Assembly: GCA_002633005.1 (NCBI GenBank)
Contig: NMRA01000206.1
Coordinates: forward strand, 110,551 to 174,550
Reading direction: 5' to 3'
Length of the DNA: 64,000 nt
Source: Phoronis australis
Lineage: Eukaryota; Animalia; Phoronida
Part shown: positions 42,203-55,914 of the stretch, in pieces
How positions within the stretch are numbered: position 1 is the stretch's first letter
How the letters are laid out: each line of letters opens with the position of its first letter
Notes under the pieces: generated by a model
What the model was told of the DNA's origin: nothing
What the model saw: the letters and a program-made list of their open reading frames with translations, nothing else
The model's database searches: none
Translations under genes and position numbers: made by a program

Positions 42203-45200
42203 TTATTTCGTGCGGAAATGAACACCTACGAAGAAACACAGAGCCACAAAAATGAAACTATGCGAAGGCTTGGCGGCAGACGACACTTTTTGAAACGAAC
42301 AGTCCTGCGTAGAAGAAACAACTAGTAGCCCGTGAAGGTATTTGTTACGTTCGCCTTCCGTAGATTTGGTGCGAAGATCAACGCACTTGTTCCTTAACAG
42401 CGCCTTGAGACCAGTGAAGTAAGAGTAGCACCTATCCCTGAACTCCGCGCCGTTAAAGTAGGTGTTGAAATGGGACAAGTCGCCGTAAGCACAAGTGCTG
42501 GTATAGTTCTCTCGCACGTATGAAGATCGCGCCCGGTCGATTGGTGACTTGCTTTTCGGATCATTGATGTCCGTAGTAACTGGAAAATCATACACACGTA
42601 ACCATCGCAATTCAGATTAAGCGGCAGACAACATTACTTTGTAAGGGAAGCTATAAAACCGTTTTTTTCTTTTCTCGAGTGAGCTCAACAGCCTACTGTA
42701 TTTCAAGGGGGTGGCTCGTTATCCGCTATCCTGTAGATGTGCTTAGACACTAGTTGTGGATTGGTCACCAGAATCTGTGCGCTGTGAAATGTTGCATTGC
42801 TAAAAAGCTTTGATCTGCAAAATAACCTTGGCAGTTGAAAGAAAAAATGGTGTGTGCATTACCGGCGTTTTTACATCGTGACTCCAATGAAAGCTAATGC
42901 TATAGACATTATATACCTTCTCACGGCAGGGACAGTGTTGTTTCCAGAGATTGTGATCTAAAAAGCTACCCTAACTAGAGGATTGAGGGGTCCAATTATG
43001 CATTCACTAGATACTGAAGCCGCCCGAACGAATGTCATTAAAAATACACACAAAAACGATCAAAAATCGAACTTGCATTGGCACATGATGTTGATATCTT
43101 AAACAGGGCGATAAGCAGTGTTTTGTCCCAATTATACGTACATGTATCTTTGAGTAAACCTTTATTTGAGACGATGTTGATTGTCATTCACCAAACCTCA
43201 AAGTCAATCAACAAGTTTATACTCTCTATTAAGTCTTCACAAACGTGTCCGTCAGTGACGTTTATCGAACTAGTTGACGGCTGTTGGGACACGCCCCCAG
43301 GATGAACTTTTAATGGCGAGTTTAAGCTCCATGAGATGTGTTGCTTGTTAAATGGCAAGGGACCGAACAAACTTAAGATGAAAGGAACAACATGAAGCAG
43401 AGTATAACTCTAATATACAATCATTGTCTTCTGACAACTAACAACCCTTCTCACCAGCATCCTTGTTGTTGAGCCTGTATGTGAAACCTTTAAATTCCAC
43501 CCACTTGGTGTCGCCGTTTACTGAGTACGTCTCGACATTGTATTCGCCGTCTGAAAGTTTGTAAGGTTTGAATTTACATGAGATATGAATCCTAAAAGAT
43601 CATCAAGGAAGAAAAACAACGAGACCTATCACAGATTGCTTTTCAACCCAGGTTCGGTCCGCACCAATATTGCTGGCGTGGAATTTAGAGATGTATGGCA
43701 TTTTTTGTGAAGTGAGATACATTTACACTGACGCCACTGCTTCTTAGCATACATCAGCGATGCTTCAAGTCAATTGACAGTTCCGACAAATGCGGTTGAA
43801 GATCACGCCTGCCATGTAGTTGGAAAGTCCTGCAAGCGCAAAGTCAATTTGGCAAGACTACTGCAGCACACATTCCCTCCGATTTTGTTTGACAACCTTT
43901 CACGGAAACTATAGAGCTACATTAATCACCAGGTTGTGGCGGTGGACAGGATTGTTCATCCATGAACAACCCTGCCCATGTGGCACATACTGAGCCACAA
44001 CACCACGGTCCTTACAATATCTCTTTTTATCACTCCGGCTGGTCTGCTCACCCAGCTTGTCCGGAACCCTGCTTTGCAGGTTGTTATAGCCCAGTTGGCT
44101 GTTTAGTGTACCCACTTGGTACTTTATATGATATTTGCCCATTTGGCAGTTTGTACCCACTTGGTACTTGTTATTGAATTTGCCGTTTTGCTCGACCCAG
44201 TTGGTAGGCAATCGGCCAATACCCATTTGGTATTATGTACCCATTTGGTACTATTGCTAACCTGTGCCACTTAGCATCCGATACTCAATTGTACTTTGGG
44301 TATCGGAAATGTGTGTGTTATCTCTTGTAATTAAGGAACCCATCTGGTTCCTTCTGTGAAATATTTATGTGTAGAGCTGTGACCCTGAAATTCCCAATAC
44401 AACTTAAAATATACATTATTCTTGTTGTTTTATTTGTCCCCAATAATCACCATAGAATGCCGTAAACAACCCTAGTCAACCACCATGGTCTAACCATTGA
44501 CCTGTGTTCGCAACTATGATCCGACACTGTAGCAGACTTATGCTAGTGTGGTAGGGCGGGCGGCCTCTGGGTTGTTGGAAGTCGTTTGTGACGTCCACTG
44601 GTGTAATTACTTCCCTTTCCCTCTGACCACCGGACGTACGTTATGTGCCGCTCATTGGCGTTTTAAAAGTTCTTCAACCTAGATACACGAGTACGTTAAT
44701 ATATTGACTCCTGCTGTGCGTTGCGTTCTTTGATAAAACCGCAGAGTGTCTACACGTACTAAAACAGAAATCATAAAAACGTTATGTGCACTTACATTAG
44801 CAAATTTTCTCCCAATTCTTGCACTTGAAATTCATACTTCACGGATATTGTGGCAATGCGATCTGTTGTTTTTTGATATTTTTAAAAGAAGCAAATCAAA
44901 ATATTGTATTGGTCAAAAGAAATATAATCTAGCATAGCTTCGTTCTTGAAGTAACACTTCGTTTTATTGCTCGGACAAACGATTCATGTACATCCAAATA
45001 GGCGCTGGCGAGACAGTGGGGCTCAGTGGTTAGAGCTCCGGACTCGTGCATGAGACCTGGGTTCAAATCCTGGCTTCACTGGCTGACATTCGAGCATTGC
45101 ACAAAGGTGTCTCCTATTCCTCTGAGTTCGGTCTTACTTGTGAATGTGTGCAAGGGAGTGAATGAGAACTTGGATATTATGCGAAGGCGATTTCTGGGGC

Positions 45201-48200
45201 TGTGTTCGTGTTTTTTTTTTGTTTTTTTTTTATTATTAGCGCAGACGATTTCAGAGTGAAAAGTCGCAATTTTATCAGACACGGAGACTTCATATACATG
45301 TACATGACTGGTTTCAAGATTTATCCAAAGTGGTTGTTTAATAATACGATGATCGTTTCATCCACAGAACTGGAGATTTGGTAAGCGTTTAATGACATGT
45401 TTTGTCGAGAGTGGTAGTTTTCAACATTTCATCCAACTTGCACCTTGATTTTAGTTTAGGTGGAGTACCGAAAGAAATGTCAATTTGTAGAGTGCAAAGT
45501 AAGTGCCTCAAAAATAAAGTTAAACCGTCACCTAAAGTGCGTGGGCGATCACATTTCTGTTAATTTGTAAAAGTTTGAACGGTCTGCTATCATGTTCAGT
45601 TGCTTATTTGCAGCATAAAAACGACGACTTACTGGTCATTCACGTGACGTCAAAAATGGAATTTTCATTTAAAAATATCACTTGATCAACGTTAGTTGAA
45701 CTATATTTGGGTTCTAACCAGCACATTTGGCTTTTTAGGCCCATTGAAACAAAATGTACTTATTTTGTAACTGAAAATTTGAAAGAAAAAATGAACCTAG
45801 AATAATTATCGCAGCGTCATCATTTTGTCAGGGACGTAGGGTGCCTTTAGATAATAAAAGATGTCGAGCTTCCTTAAATTTAAGGAGACACTTAAAATCT
45901 TAACTAGACGAGAAAAATTTTGAGATTGAAGGGAAAACGTAGGGTTAAGGAAAATTTGAGGTTCATAAAAGCGTTAAATTGTTACATGCAGAGGGAATAT
46001 TTCCCAGAAGTAATGTGCACTTTGTGTTGATGAAGTGCTATGCCCATTACGTAACTTTAAAAATGTTATTAATTAAAAATGGAATACTAGGCGTCTCAAT
46101 GTCGTTTGAACTCAGGACTATTAAGCGTTTATGTTGGTATTATGCTCTGCATTTCTCTATTTGTAATTTCCCAGTATGATAGACTCGTCGCATGTAGTAG
46201 ATTTGATTCAATCATAGTACGCGTATTTTACCTGTTGTCATTCCCGCGCTAGTTTATTATGGATAAGAACACTTAAAGGCAGTTAATATCTTTGGCCAAT
46301 AAAATGACTTACTTTTGTTTTTGTTGCATCCTTCTTCTTTTGCAGTCGTTTCGTTGACACATGCTTTACCACCGCTACATCTCAGCTTCGCATCCAGACA
46401 AACTTTTGTACCAGGACAAAAAAACTGATTGATCTTGCAGGTTTCGGTGATGCCGAGACCTAATGATAGAACAATCAGTCAAGTCCATTAGATGACGAGT
46501 TTCATTTGTCATTTACTCTCTGCGGATCAGTTTTCTAGACTGAAATGCGTAGTGGAAACTTTGCACTGTGCCCTAAGGAGCAGCCTTGCCCCCAAGCCTC
46601 AAGATGGCGCTGATCGGTGTTGTCATTTCGGGCTTGGTTACGGGGAATGATGTGTTTCAGAAGTCTGTCTGTGACATACTTTCACGGAAATTGCCGGAAT
46701 ATCGCGAGTAAGATGAAATTATATCAACTTTGAAATTTTTTGCAGAATAATATAAAAATTAAAATAATGGTTTATTGCTACAGTTTAGGTCTAAATTATT
46801 GCAAAAATGATGTACTTTGAATCGGAAACGGGATGATTTGTGTGATACTATTAATAAAAAGAATGGAAAATAAGTAAGCCAACAACAGTAATGTCAAACC
46901 ATAACAATACAATGCGTCCTGCTCGAAGAGTAGAGTCAACAACGCTTTTGAAAATAAATAAAATCTGTGTTTGCTTCAATGACTTCAAGGCAGCGGCCAA
47001 TCATGGCTCAGAAAGTAATTCCCATAACCAAGCCTCAAATGGCTAAACCGATCAGCTTCATCGTGAGGTCTTGGGGACGAACCTGTCTATAGAGCGGCAT
47101 GTGTAGACAATTCCTGAACGAAGAAATGCATGTAAATGAAGCCAATTTGGATTAACAAAATATTGTTAGCTGGCTAATGTCTACTAGATCAGACGTGATA
47201 CCGACAAGGAAGGTGCAGTAAAACAGAGTGAAGTGCCTCCTACATGTTACTCCCCACATTAATGTTAATCGAGAAACGGTCAAGTACTAAAACTCGTATC
47301 ATAAATTGCGCATGTCAATTTCGTTTTTTCTGCATTTTGATGATCCATAGACGGTATGGAGGTAAACTTTTAATATATTTTGATTTAAATTTGTTTCGAC
47401 AAAAATAATTGTCATGACACCATACGAATAAAGCGCCACCAAAGGCATTGAACTTACAAATTCGACGAGACACAGTAAAGGTGGAGACAAAATTAAATCT
47501 ATACGTTACCAGTAGTGACGGTTGCTGTGTTGGACGGGTTTTCAAAGTCACATCCAAGTTTCGCTTGAACTATGCGGTCACCGATGTCGCCCATGATAGC
47601 AACGAGCAGATTTCCTTTTTTGCCACCACTCTAAAATAACAAACCGCGAAGTTAACGTCACATTTCCTGAACGGTGCCGCCAGTCTCACTTCCAGGAATT
47701 ATGCGTTTAACGTGTACTTCATATATCCTTGATGTTAGATTCGTGATACTGTATTAGAAACAATGCATATTTTTCAAAACGAACGGGTGCTCAACTGGTC
47801 CGCAAATAGATGCATACGATATTTTTTATAGACGTACAGTGCCTACGAGCGGATTAAGAGGGACCGCCACCCAAGTTCCTTCCTCCTCCCCCCCTCTTCT
47901 TTCGTACACATGTATTTAACGTAGCAATGAGGATTGACCATGTACCATGGGTTCTCATTGGGTATCAAAGCGCAGTAATATTAAAACATTCCTGGTGCTT
48001 GGGAAATAATATTCAAACATCCAGATTTGTTGATGTTCAGAAATGCATAATTATACTGCTTTATCTATTGCTAATTGCTTTTGTTTGGGATAACTACAAC
48101 CACAAGAACCGAGTAAATGAGTGCATGCCACCCAAGGTCGTGTTTTTGCCAAACTCCGCCTCGCTAAAACAAAAGGCAACACAACAATGCGTGTATTAGG

Positions 48201-51200
48201 TTCAAGACATACAGTGCTGTAGTGGTAAAATTAGAAGTAAGTACATGTAGGTGCCCAAAGCCCACCTTATCACCTTGAGGACTGAACGTAACTTACGGTG
48301 CGTAGGCGCTACGTTCAAATGCCAAAGTGGTTAGCTGCGGCTACGTGCGCCTACGCCCCACTACAGCATTGAAGACACAAGTCATTGCTTGCCCCCTCCT
48401 GTGACCAGACTGCGTTTACTTACAGCTGTAGTAATCCAATGCGAGTGTCTTGGTTATCTCCACCTGATTCCACGTGCAGGCATTTACAGTCGAATAACTA
48501 TGCTAACATTGTCTAGTGCATTGTTGTGCGACCACAGATACTCCCCTCTTATGTTTGGCTGAAACACTGCACGATAACTTTTGATATACCATAACAATGC
48601 TCAAGGATGTCACGGACCTCAGTGTCCCATTGCATGAAACAGTCCCAACTGGAGACTCACTGACTAAGTTCCGAAATCTGCTGCGAATTTGTGAGCTTAT
48701 GAAAACACTACAGTGCTGTCCGAGTCTCATTACTCAGTCAGTTTTGGTTTCCATAACAATCGAGAGTGAAGTTTACGTTAAATTCTCAATATTAATGAAA
48801 ATAAATAGGGATATTTTTCATGCAACGCCCCTAATTTATGGACAAAGTCTCTAATTTTTATTGAATTGAGGGCACAATTTTTGCTACATTTCTGAGAATA
48901 GCCAAAAAAGCTCATAATAAAAGATAAATAATGATAGAACAATATCAAATGTGAGAATAAATAACAAACCAAATGCCCAAAATATTTAGGAAACTAAATT
49001 GAGCCCCTACTTGGGCTTGTTTCAAGCAACCGGGCATTGACTTCGAAATTCGCATTAACGGAAAGCGGGTGCCGCTTGAAAATACCTAATGCGACGAGTA
49101 CCTCGATGGTGAGACATGGATTACGTCTGATTGAACTCGATCCGCAAATGGTTGTCAAAGACGCCTCCCTAGTCGGTGAACGACTGGTTTACGTATACAT
49201 TGTAACTTACCTCCAGTTTAACTCCGCATAGTTGGAAATGTTGTTTCGCCACCGACAGCCTGACTTCTTGGCTAGCTTCCGGTTTAATTTTGGTGTAACA
49301 ATACTTCGTGTAATCAGGGTTAGATATGTTGCCTTCCATTGTCCGCATAAGCTTGTATGTATGCGTCGATGATGAAAATGTGGCTATCACGTGAAAGGCA
49401 GGTGCTTCCAAACCATCGCAGACATATGTCACTTTAGAAGAAAATATTCAGTGGGTTAAAACATTGAAGAAATGCAATTCAACAAGAGACCACTGGCTAC
49501 CAAATCATAATGCCGACGCAAAGGTTTTTTATTTCAGGTACAATATTTGAAAAGGCATGGCTCATCTAGGTTTTTTTCAGCGCGCTTTACAGTTGCCACA
49601 AAGATAATTGTGCTGTTGCGTGTACTTTTCTCTCCTGTTTTGGCCTGTCCACATATACTGAAACGACTTTCCGATCCAGTTCCCTGAAACAATGCTCTGT
49701 AATCTTCGACAACCCTCAAAAGTTTGGAGGAAAATTTGAAAACTCCTTTTAAAGTCTGTTAAAGGGGCAAGTGTGACTTCTGCTCTAAGCGAATTTCACG
49801 GTGCAACAGTGGGAAAAGGTCACCCACCAAGGACCATAATTCCCAATTTGTGAGATGATGTTTTTAGATGATTCCTGAGTGTAACTTGAAGAGTGACGTC
49901 AATGATGCCTTAGGAGGTCACTAACAAGGATTGGTTGAAGTCAACAAATTGGATTTAGTAACTTTTTGTATGCGTTAGGACTTCTAATCAGAACGCATTT
50001 AAAAGGAGTGTTCACAAACTGGAAAGTAATTAGCATAACATTAGTTTGAAAAATGCTGACTGAAGACGACTAGCGAGACCTTAAGCTATTGAACATAGCT
50101 TGGCCACGACTTTTAAGTTTTCGAAATGCCTACATCGCCTTGGGTATGGAATGTCGCAAAATGTCTGGCGAATAGGTTTTTTCTCGACTGTAACACGGAA
50201 GTCACGCAGTTCTTGGGTCCAATGAATCTGTTTCGAATGTCTCGGCAACGGCTATGAACCAGAAAATTTTGAGATCATATAGCACCCTAATCTGGACATT
50301 ACATAACGAAAAGTGAGAATTTTCAAACTAATACTTGCAGGAGTTTTGGATATCGATCGAACGATGATTTGACTCCGGTATTTGACTTATGCTATCCATG
50401 TTCTAAAGTTAGTTCCAAACATTTGTCCACATATCTAGCCAAAATGTTTACCTACCTTTCGGCAAAGCGTTGTATCCCTGGAAGACAGAAACAAGCGGAT
50501 AATTTTACAGGAAATCAGGAAACACATCTTTTTGAAGAGGAAGTAGGACGATGCTTCATCGACCTCCTTCACAAAAGGATCATCTGGCAGATGTACTACG
50601 ACTTAATCTTAGGACACTTACATTGACGTCACTGCCAATTCGCCAAGGAACATCGTGGATTGACTTTCAGTGGTGGATCTAGGATATCACCAGGGGGGGC
50701 GTCAACATTTTGTCCGGCTGTAAGCATTCGCGCAAACCACTATTGTAGATGCGCATAGCACCGAATGGGGGAGGTCGGGAGGGGGCTTTGCCCAGGAAAT
50801 TTTTCTGTTTTTTCCTCTAAAAATCAAGCATTTTTCCTTCATTTTTGAAGTATTATCCAAGAAAAAAGACAAAAAACACGAAGAACGTGTCAAAACAGGA
50901 AAAACTGCAAGAACCACAGACTCGTACTCACGACCTTGAGGATAGAGCGCGCGTGCTTGACCACTAAACCACCACGATTTAACATACTAACTTTATACTA
51001 AGTGACCTACTTGTTTATGGTCCACAGTGTTTGCGTGGGAAACCTACTTCTTTTTGTAATGCTTATTACACGTTTTATATTTTATGCAATCGGTTCTTAA
51101 CAAATTTGTTGTATTTAAAATAGTCAATAATGACGGGATTGCTTTGGAAATTGTCTTAAGTTAAGGTTTGACAAAGAGAGAATTATGAGTTTCTGAGTGA

Positions 51201-52339
51201 TTCACTAAGGCTTCGATTAAAATTCACATCTTACCAGCAGCTTCAGTTTTTTCATCGTCATTCAGGTTCCATTTTCTTTAAAACATTAAGTACATTTTCT
51301 TCCCTGCGCAATGGAGCAGACGACGGAAACGGAATCGTAGTGTGCAACGCCACTGCTGGTCGCCTGGGATATTGCTGGAGAGCCTACACTTAGCCATAGT
51401 TCCGTTACGAATGCGCCGTGTTCCGAATTTGACAACTGAAATTGGATCTGAGCCCCCCCCCCCAAACACTAAAACTGGATACATTTAAATCTTGTTTCAT
51501 CCGTATCATTTCAATTACCGGGGTTAATTAATAAACTCAACATTTCCTTACGCTCTTGCTGTTTTAATTTTTGCGGCAGCCNTTTTTAGTCAAATTCACA
51601 AGGACACACAGAGATCACATTTCACAGTGATATCGTCCCTTCCGTGCATAGTTCTCTTCCGGAACATCCGGGTATTTTTGTCGCCTACAGTCACCCACAC
51701 AGTGTATCTAATCTGCGCATGTATGAACTTCAATCAGAACTGCAAAGACATTTGTTCTACATACGGCTGAAAATCATTCATCAAGCAGGCTTCAAAAGAC
51801 CCACTCGACGTCGTTATCAATCCGTAGACTGTTTTTTCTGAAGAACTCAACGTAATTCCATATTAATTTTTGACAGCCACGAGACTTTCTGTTTTGAATT
51901 TCGCCCGTGCGCTGATAAATGTTCTGGATAGCAAAAATCCGGGTGGTCAAATCGCCCAAGCGGTCCTTATTGCCATCCAATTTCGAGGGGGCCCAATATC
52001 GCCGTCTGTCAACAAACAGGACATGTTATGCTGTGAAAGGAAGGGGGAAGTGTCGGTGAAAAAATGGGAAATTTAGCTATCGTCCAGTCTTTTTTCAGTG
52101 TACTACAACATTTTCAAAATGGCTTCCATTCGAAATTCGCGAAGTATTTATGACTGTCTGGTTATTCTGAGAGCTTTAAAACATTCGAGGACCGTAAGCG
52201 TCATTTTCTTGACTTCTGGACATTGTTTATGTGACTGAAAGTTCACCTTAGTGAGTACATGTATGCCGGCATTTGAGCGTTACGTTGTACTTACTTTGAT
52301 CAAAACGCTGCAGACTAACAGAAAGCGCAACGACAGCAT
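42203..52339 (-). CDS. Secreted, probably GPI-anchored glycoprotein of about 363-383 aa with a divergent ZP-N-like Cys pattern
   Basis: Phase-compatible GT-AG exons: 52339-52295 (MLSLRFLLVCSVLIK), 50477-50456 (GYNALPK), 49431-49211, 47630-47510, 43550-43455, 43306-43197, 42957-42917, 42814-(42697 or 42769) and 42579-42203. Features are signal peptide MLSLRFLLVCSVLIKGYNA; Cys motifs VTYVC, KYCY, FQLCGVK and KLGCDF; sequons NIS, NVT, NNT, NAT and NYT; C-terminal SSAA plus hydrophobic FIFVALCFFVGV. The junction of the last two exons is unresolved. Confidence 0.8.
43939..44446 (+). repeat. Dispersed repeat of about 500 bp, copy 2 (intronic)
   Basis: Aligns with 37955-38412. Confidence 0.9.
45010..45238 (+). 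mobile_element. tRNA-derived SINE
   Basis: A box GGGGCTCAGTGGTTAGAGC at 45018, B box GGTTCAAATCC at 45060, a body, and a T-rich/TTA tail at about 45210-45238. Confidence 0.65.
48212..48371. mobile_element. 160-bp hAT MITE with 8-bp TSD
   Basis: TIR CAGTGCTGTAGTGG / CCACTACAGCATTG (13/14); TSD AAGACATA (48204-48211) / AAGACACA (48372-48379). Confidence 0.85.
50668..51581. mobile_element. Non-autonomous hAT-like element (same family as 1-555), right end cut off at the single N at 51582
   Basis: Left terminus CAGTGGTGGATCTAGG...GGGGGGGC; the 3' part aligns with 32-511. Confidence 0.75.
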
Positions 52340-53959
52340 CCTGAAAAAAAAAACATGTACAGCCTGCAGTGCTACGGTCCGACCCGGGAAAGACATGGAA
52401 AACAACGATACAATACCTATTTATGATCTGAAAGCGAAATATTGACACTATGTGTACAAGTTCATCAGTCTTTAACCCAAGATTGTACAAATAAGGAATT
52501 AAAGATGGGGCTTGGCCTGCCAGGGATCAAAATCTACCAATGAACCCTAACTTTCGTCAGACGGCGGATGCGCTTAATTTATACCCTGAAAAAGCTATCA
52601 ATCCTTAGTTGGGTGTCGCCTAAGGCCCTATTGTCCAGTGATGATCGCACACCAAATATAGGACTGTTCAATCTTGTGCTGAGCTAAACGTATGCTTGCG
52701 AGATAGTTAGGATACATTTATGAACGCTAGTCTTAATTTACTGGTCTGCCTTTGGTTATATACCTTATCTTCCTTCTTGTGAAAGTCGCATTTTAACGAG
52801 AAATGATGAATTTCTATGCCGTCTGCCTTACGAATGGGAGTAAAATTACATAACGTTTACTGTGGTGAAACTTTTCTTATTTGGTTTAGATGAATGTCCA
52901 AAACGTGACCATAGTTGAGTCGTATCTGCGCTGTGGGATTTAAGGTTATGTAGTTATGTATTATTCCTATTACGTGACCAAAAGGAAAGGTGCATCCATG
53001 CTAAAACAACGATACCCCATTTCGTTCGAAATGTTCAATATTGATTTTCAGAAACGCTTTTACATTTTTCTAAATTTATGTTTCGTTTTCGTATAATGTA
53101 ATTTTTGTTGTTTTTTTTTCATAAAACTCTTAAAACTAATGAAAGTCCTAATTTAAAATTAATAACATTTTAAAGATCAGTTCATAAGAGATGGTATCTG
53201 AAAATTTCCTATGAGTCCGGTCAGTCACTCCTGACTACATGTATGATGTTTTGAAGTTCGCCAAGTTTGACCTTTTTTCGAGGATCCTATACAAAACGTC
53301 ACAGGTGTCCACAATCTTGCAGATGAAAACGTGATTTGCAAGTGCAAGTTATGGAGGTTTGTAACACACAATGACAATGTTTCACTAAATGTTTGGAACT
53401 ACACTGTGATGTTTAAATTGAACTCGGCGTTTCGTGGTACATGTATGTAAATATGTGTTTTTAAAAGCAATCATAAGCCTGAGCAGTGTTTTGCAGACGC
53501 AAGGAAGTCGCGAAAACACAAGGTCAAACGACACTGCTTTTTCTCGCGAGAATTGCCATCTTTGCGATATTGACATTTTTATTTTACAAAAGTATTGCAA
53601 GTTGTAGCATGGGTTTAAAATCAAAAGCAAACTTCAAACGCCCACCTTCCCCATGATATGTTCATGCTTGACCCAGACATTTGACCTAAAGGAATACCAA
53701 ATCTTTTTTTGTAATTTCAATCAGTCCTCGCTCAGTCACCTATCAGGGTATAACTGTTGAAACTTTGAGGGATAAAAGCTGGATTCAACTAAAGTATCAC
53801 GGTTCGGTACCGTTGGTCTACTCACACAAGCAGTTGCTATCTAACCCATTTTTTGTTTTAGAAAAAATGATGGAAAGGTCATTGTTAATATATTTTAATA
53901 GACCAAAACGAGTTATGGTACCACGATTAAAGTAATCTGCCATTGATGGAAAGAGTTTT

Positions 53960-54080
53960 AGCTGAGCCAGCAAAGCGTTGGACTGCGACCATTGAGGTTG
54001 CGAGTTCGATTCCGCCTGCCGAGACCCCAGATGTGCGCCAATTTCAAGAACACGATTACCCAGCTGTACTAACTGGTGAT
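53960..54080 (+). mobile_element. Decayed tRNA-derived SINE fragment
   Basis: AAAGCGTTGGACTGCGACCATTGAGGTTGCGAGTTCGATTCC (anticodon-arm-like segment plus B box) followed by ACCCAGCTGTA. Confidence 0.4.
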
Positions 54081-55279
54081 ATACTTACATGTACACTATA
54101 CGTGTATGTTGTTGGGATTATGGCTTAGTTGACGTGAGAAGTGACGAGAACTACGTTTCTTCCATAAATTATTCAAATTTGCCGTTTGACCTCGAATTTG
54201 GTTGCACCTAATCACTACATGTACATCAGTTTTGTGCCGGATATCGGATATCGTCATGGATTTCGTGGTGCAAAAAATCAACGCAACAAAGCAAGTAATC
54301 AATTATTTGAAACAAAGAAAATATTCAAAGTGAAGTTTATTGGAGAAGTCCAAGCCGAATACACAATCATTTTATAAATTAACCAATGCCTAATGTACGG
54401 CTTTTGGTAATTTGTGTCGCACCCCGTACCCGTACAACGCACAGCAGCAACAAATTTAATCACGCACAAAAGAAATGTACCCACGTGCACATTGGGGGAC
54501 AATACTGTACTCAAATCTGTGGAGCACTTTTACGGTGATAGTGTCTTACGCCTACCAGACATCCCTCTGCACGACTTAAGTATCATATTACCAATTAAAG
54601 TATCTTGATTTGTCTTACATTGAATGATAAATTCGTGGATGAGCGATCAATGCATTTGTTCAATTTCTTTCGCTGGAAAGTCGCCAACGTTGTCCTTTCT
54701 GTGTGTTTGATAAAACACAGGTTATTGTATGTACCTGTAGACATTATAACCTACATTTACACTAAGATCTCACTGCATGATGTAGTTGTAGATAATAGTT
54801 TGGCTGAAATTCTTGTACAACCATATTCGTCAAGTGACGTCAATTCATAACTCTTGTAATACAAAATGAGTTAATTTAGGGAACTCTTCAAGGAAAGAGA
54901 CTTGTAAGTCATGGCTTAAGACAGAAATTTGGACTTAGGCTCCACATAAACATTTCCGAAAAATAGTTTAATCTCATTTCAGCAAAAGTACAAAGTCCCT
55001 GAGAACATACACAGAATAGCTAGTTACTGTACTGTGATAACTTCAATAAATTATTTCTAGAGTGTGACGCGCTCGTGATTACTTCGCTAAACCTTTAATA
55101 ACCAATTGTGATGTTGGACCGTAAGACCTAATTTCTGTCGTACTGTAGTCTTAATTCACTTTCATGAAACTGGTCCCACCTGGCTGAGATTTCTCGCAGT
55201 CAAACTGTGTCAGAGAAACAACGTTCATCTAATATCTGTAACATAGGAAATCTGATTCTAAATAGCCGTTGCTATCAAA

Positions 55280-55914
55280 CTTACATGATAATTTGCAACG
55301 CATTCAACAAATGTGAAAAACTCGCTTATGCTCGGCGCTGGTGGGCGTTAACTTCATTATGAAGTCATATGCCATCGAAAGGTTGCAAGCTGCTATTCAT
55401 GATCAGGTATCGACATTCCTCATTTTTTCTAATGTGGAAAACTGTGCTCTTTTTGGTGAACAAATAGTGGAACGGGACGTAAATTTTCAGTTGAAACTGA
55501 TATTTGCGTTATTCATTCCGCTGCATCAATTTTGCAAACGTCGACTTCTTGTTCAGAGAGCTCAGTCCTCTCGATTGCATTTATATTTTCATTCGCCTCA
55601 AATAGTGCAGCGGAATCATTTTCGGTCGAGTTCAGCTGAGACGACTTGCTGGAATTCTTTTTCCTTTTACCCTTTTTACCCTTCTTGCGAGGGCGACCTT
55701 GGCTCTTCTCAGACTCTTTGTCATTTACGCTTAAAGACGATGTTCCTTTGTCTAAGTCTTCATAATATTGTTGCAAACCAACGTTACAACGGACGATGTT
55801 TAAGCAGGTGCTGAAACGAAACGGTAAAACGGAGTGCTCTGACGTTAGAAAACTCTCATTTCTGGTCAACAAGGACATTCATGCCTCCAAACATTCTGTC
55901 TTTTTGGTCGCCAT
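55280..55914 (-). pseudogene. Disrupted coding-like segment (Lys-rich NLS-like tract, in-frame stops)
   Basis: ATGGCG start gives MATKKTECLEA*MSLLTRN...GRPRKKGKKGKRKK...DAAE*ITQ..., one frame punctuated by single stops; family not recognised. Confidence 0.35.

Noticed and set aside
45010-45080. Functional tRNA gene
   Set aside because: A and B boxes are present, but the acceptor stem does not pair convincingly and a SINE-like body and tail follow.
49211-49431. CUB domain call for this exon (GNISNPDY...C...I...VRLSV)
   Set aside because: Once spliced to its neighbours the four-Cys spacing fits ZP-N better; CUB is kept only as an alternative to test.
55879-55881. In-frame TGA as selenocysteine
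   Set aside because: No redox motif context, no SECIS seen, and further stops downstream point to decay.
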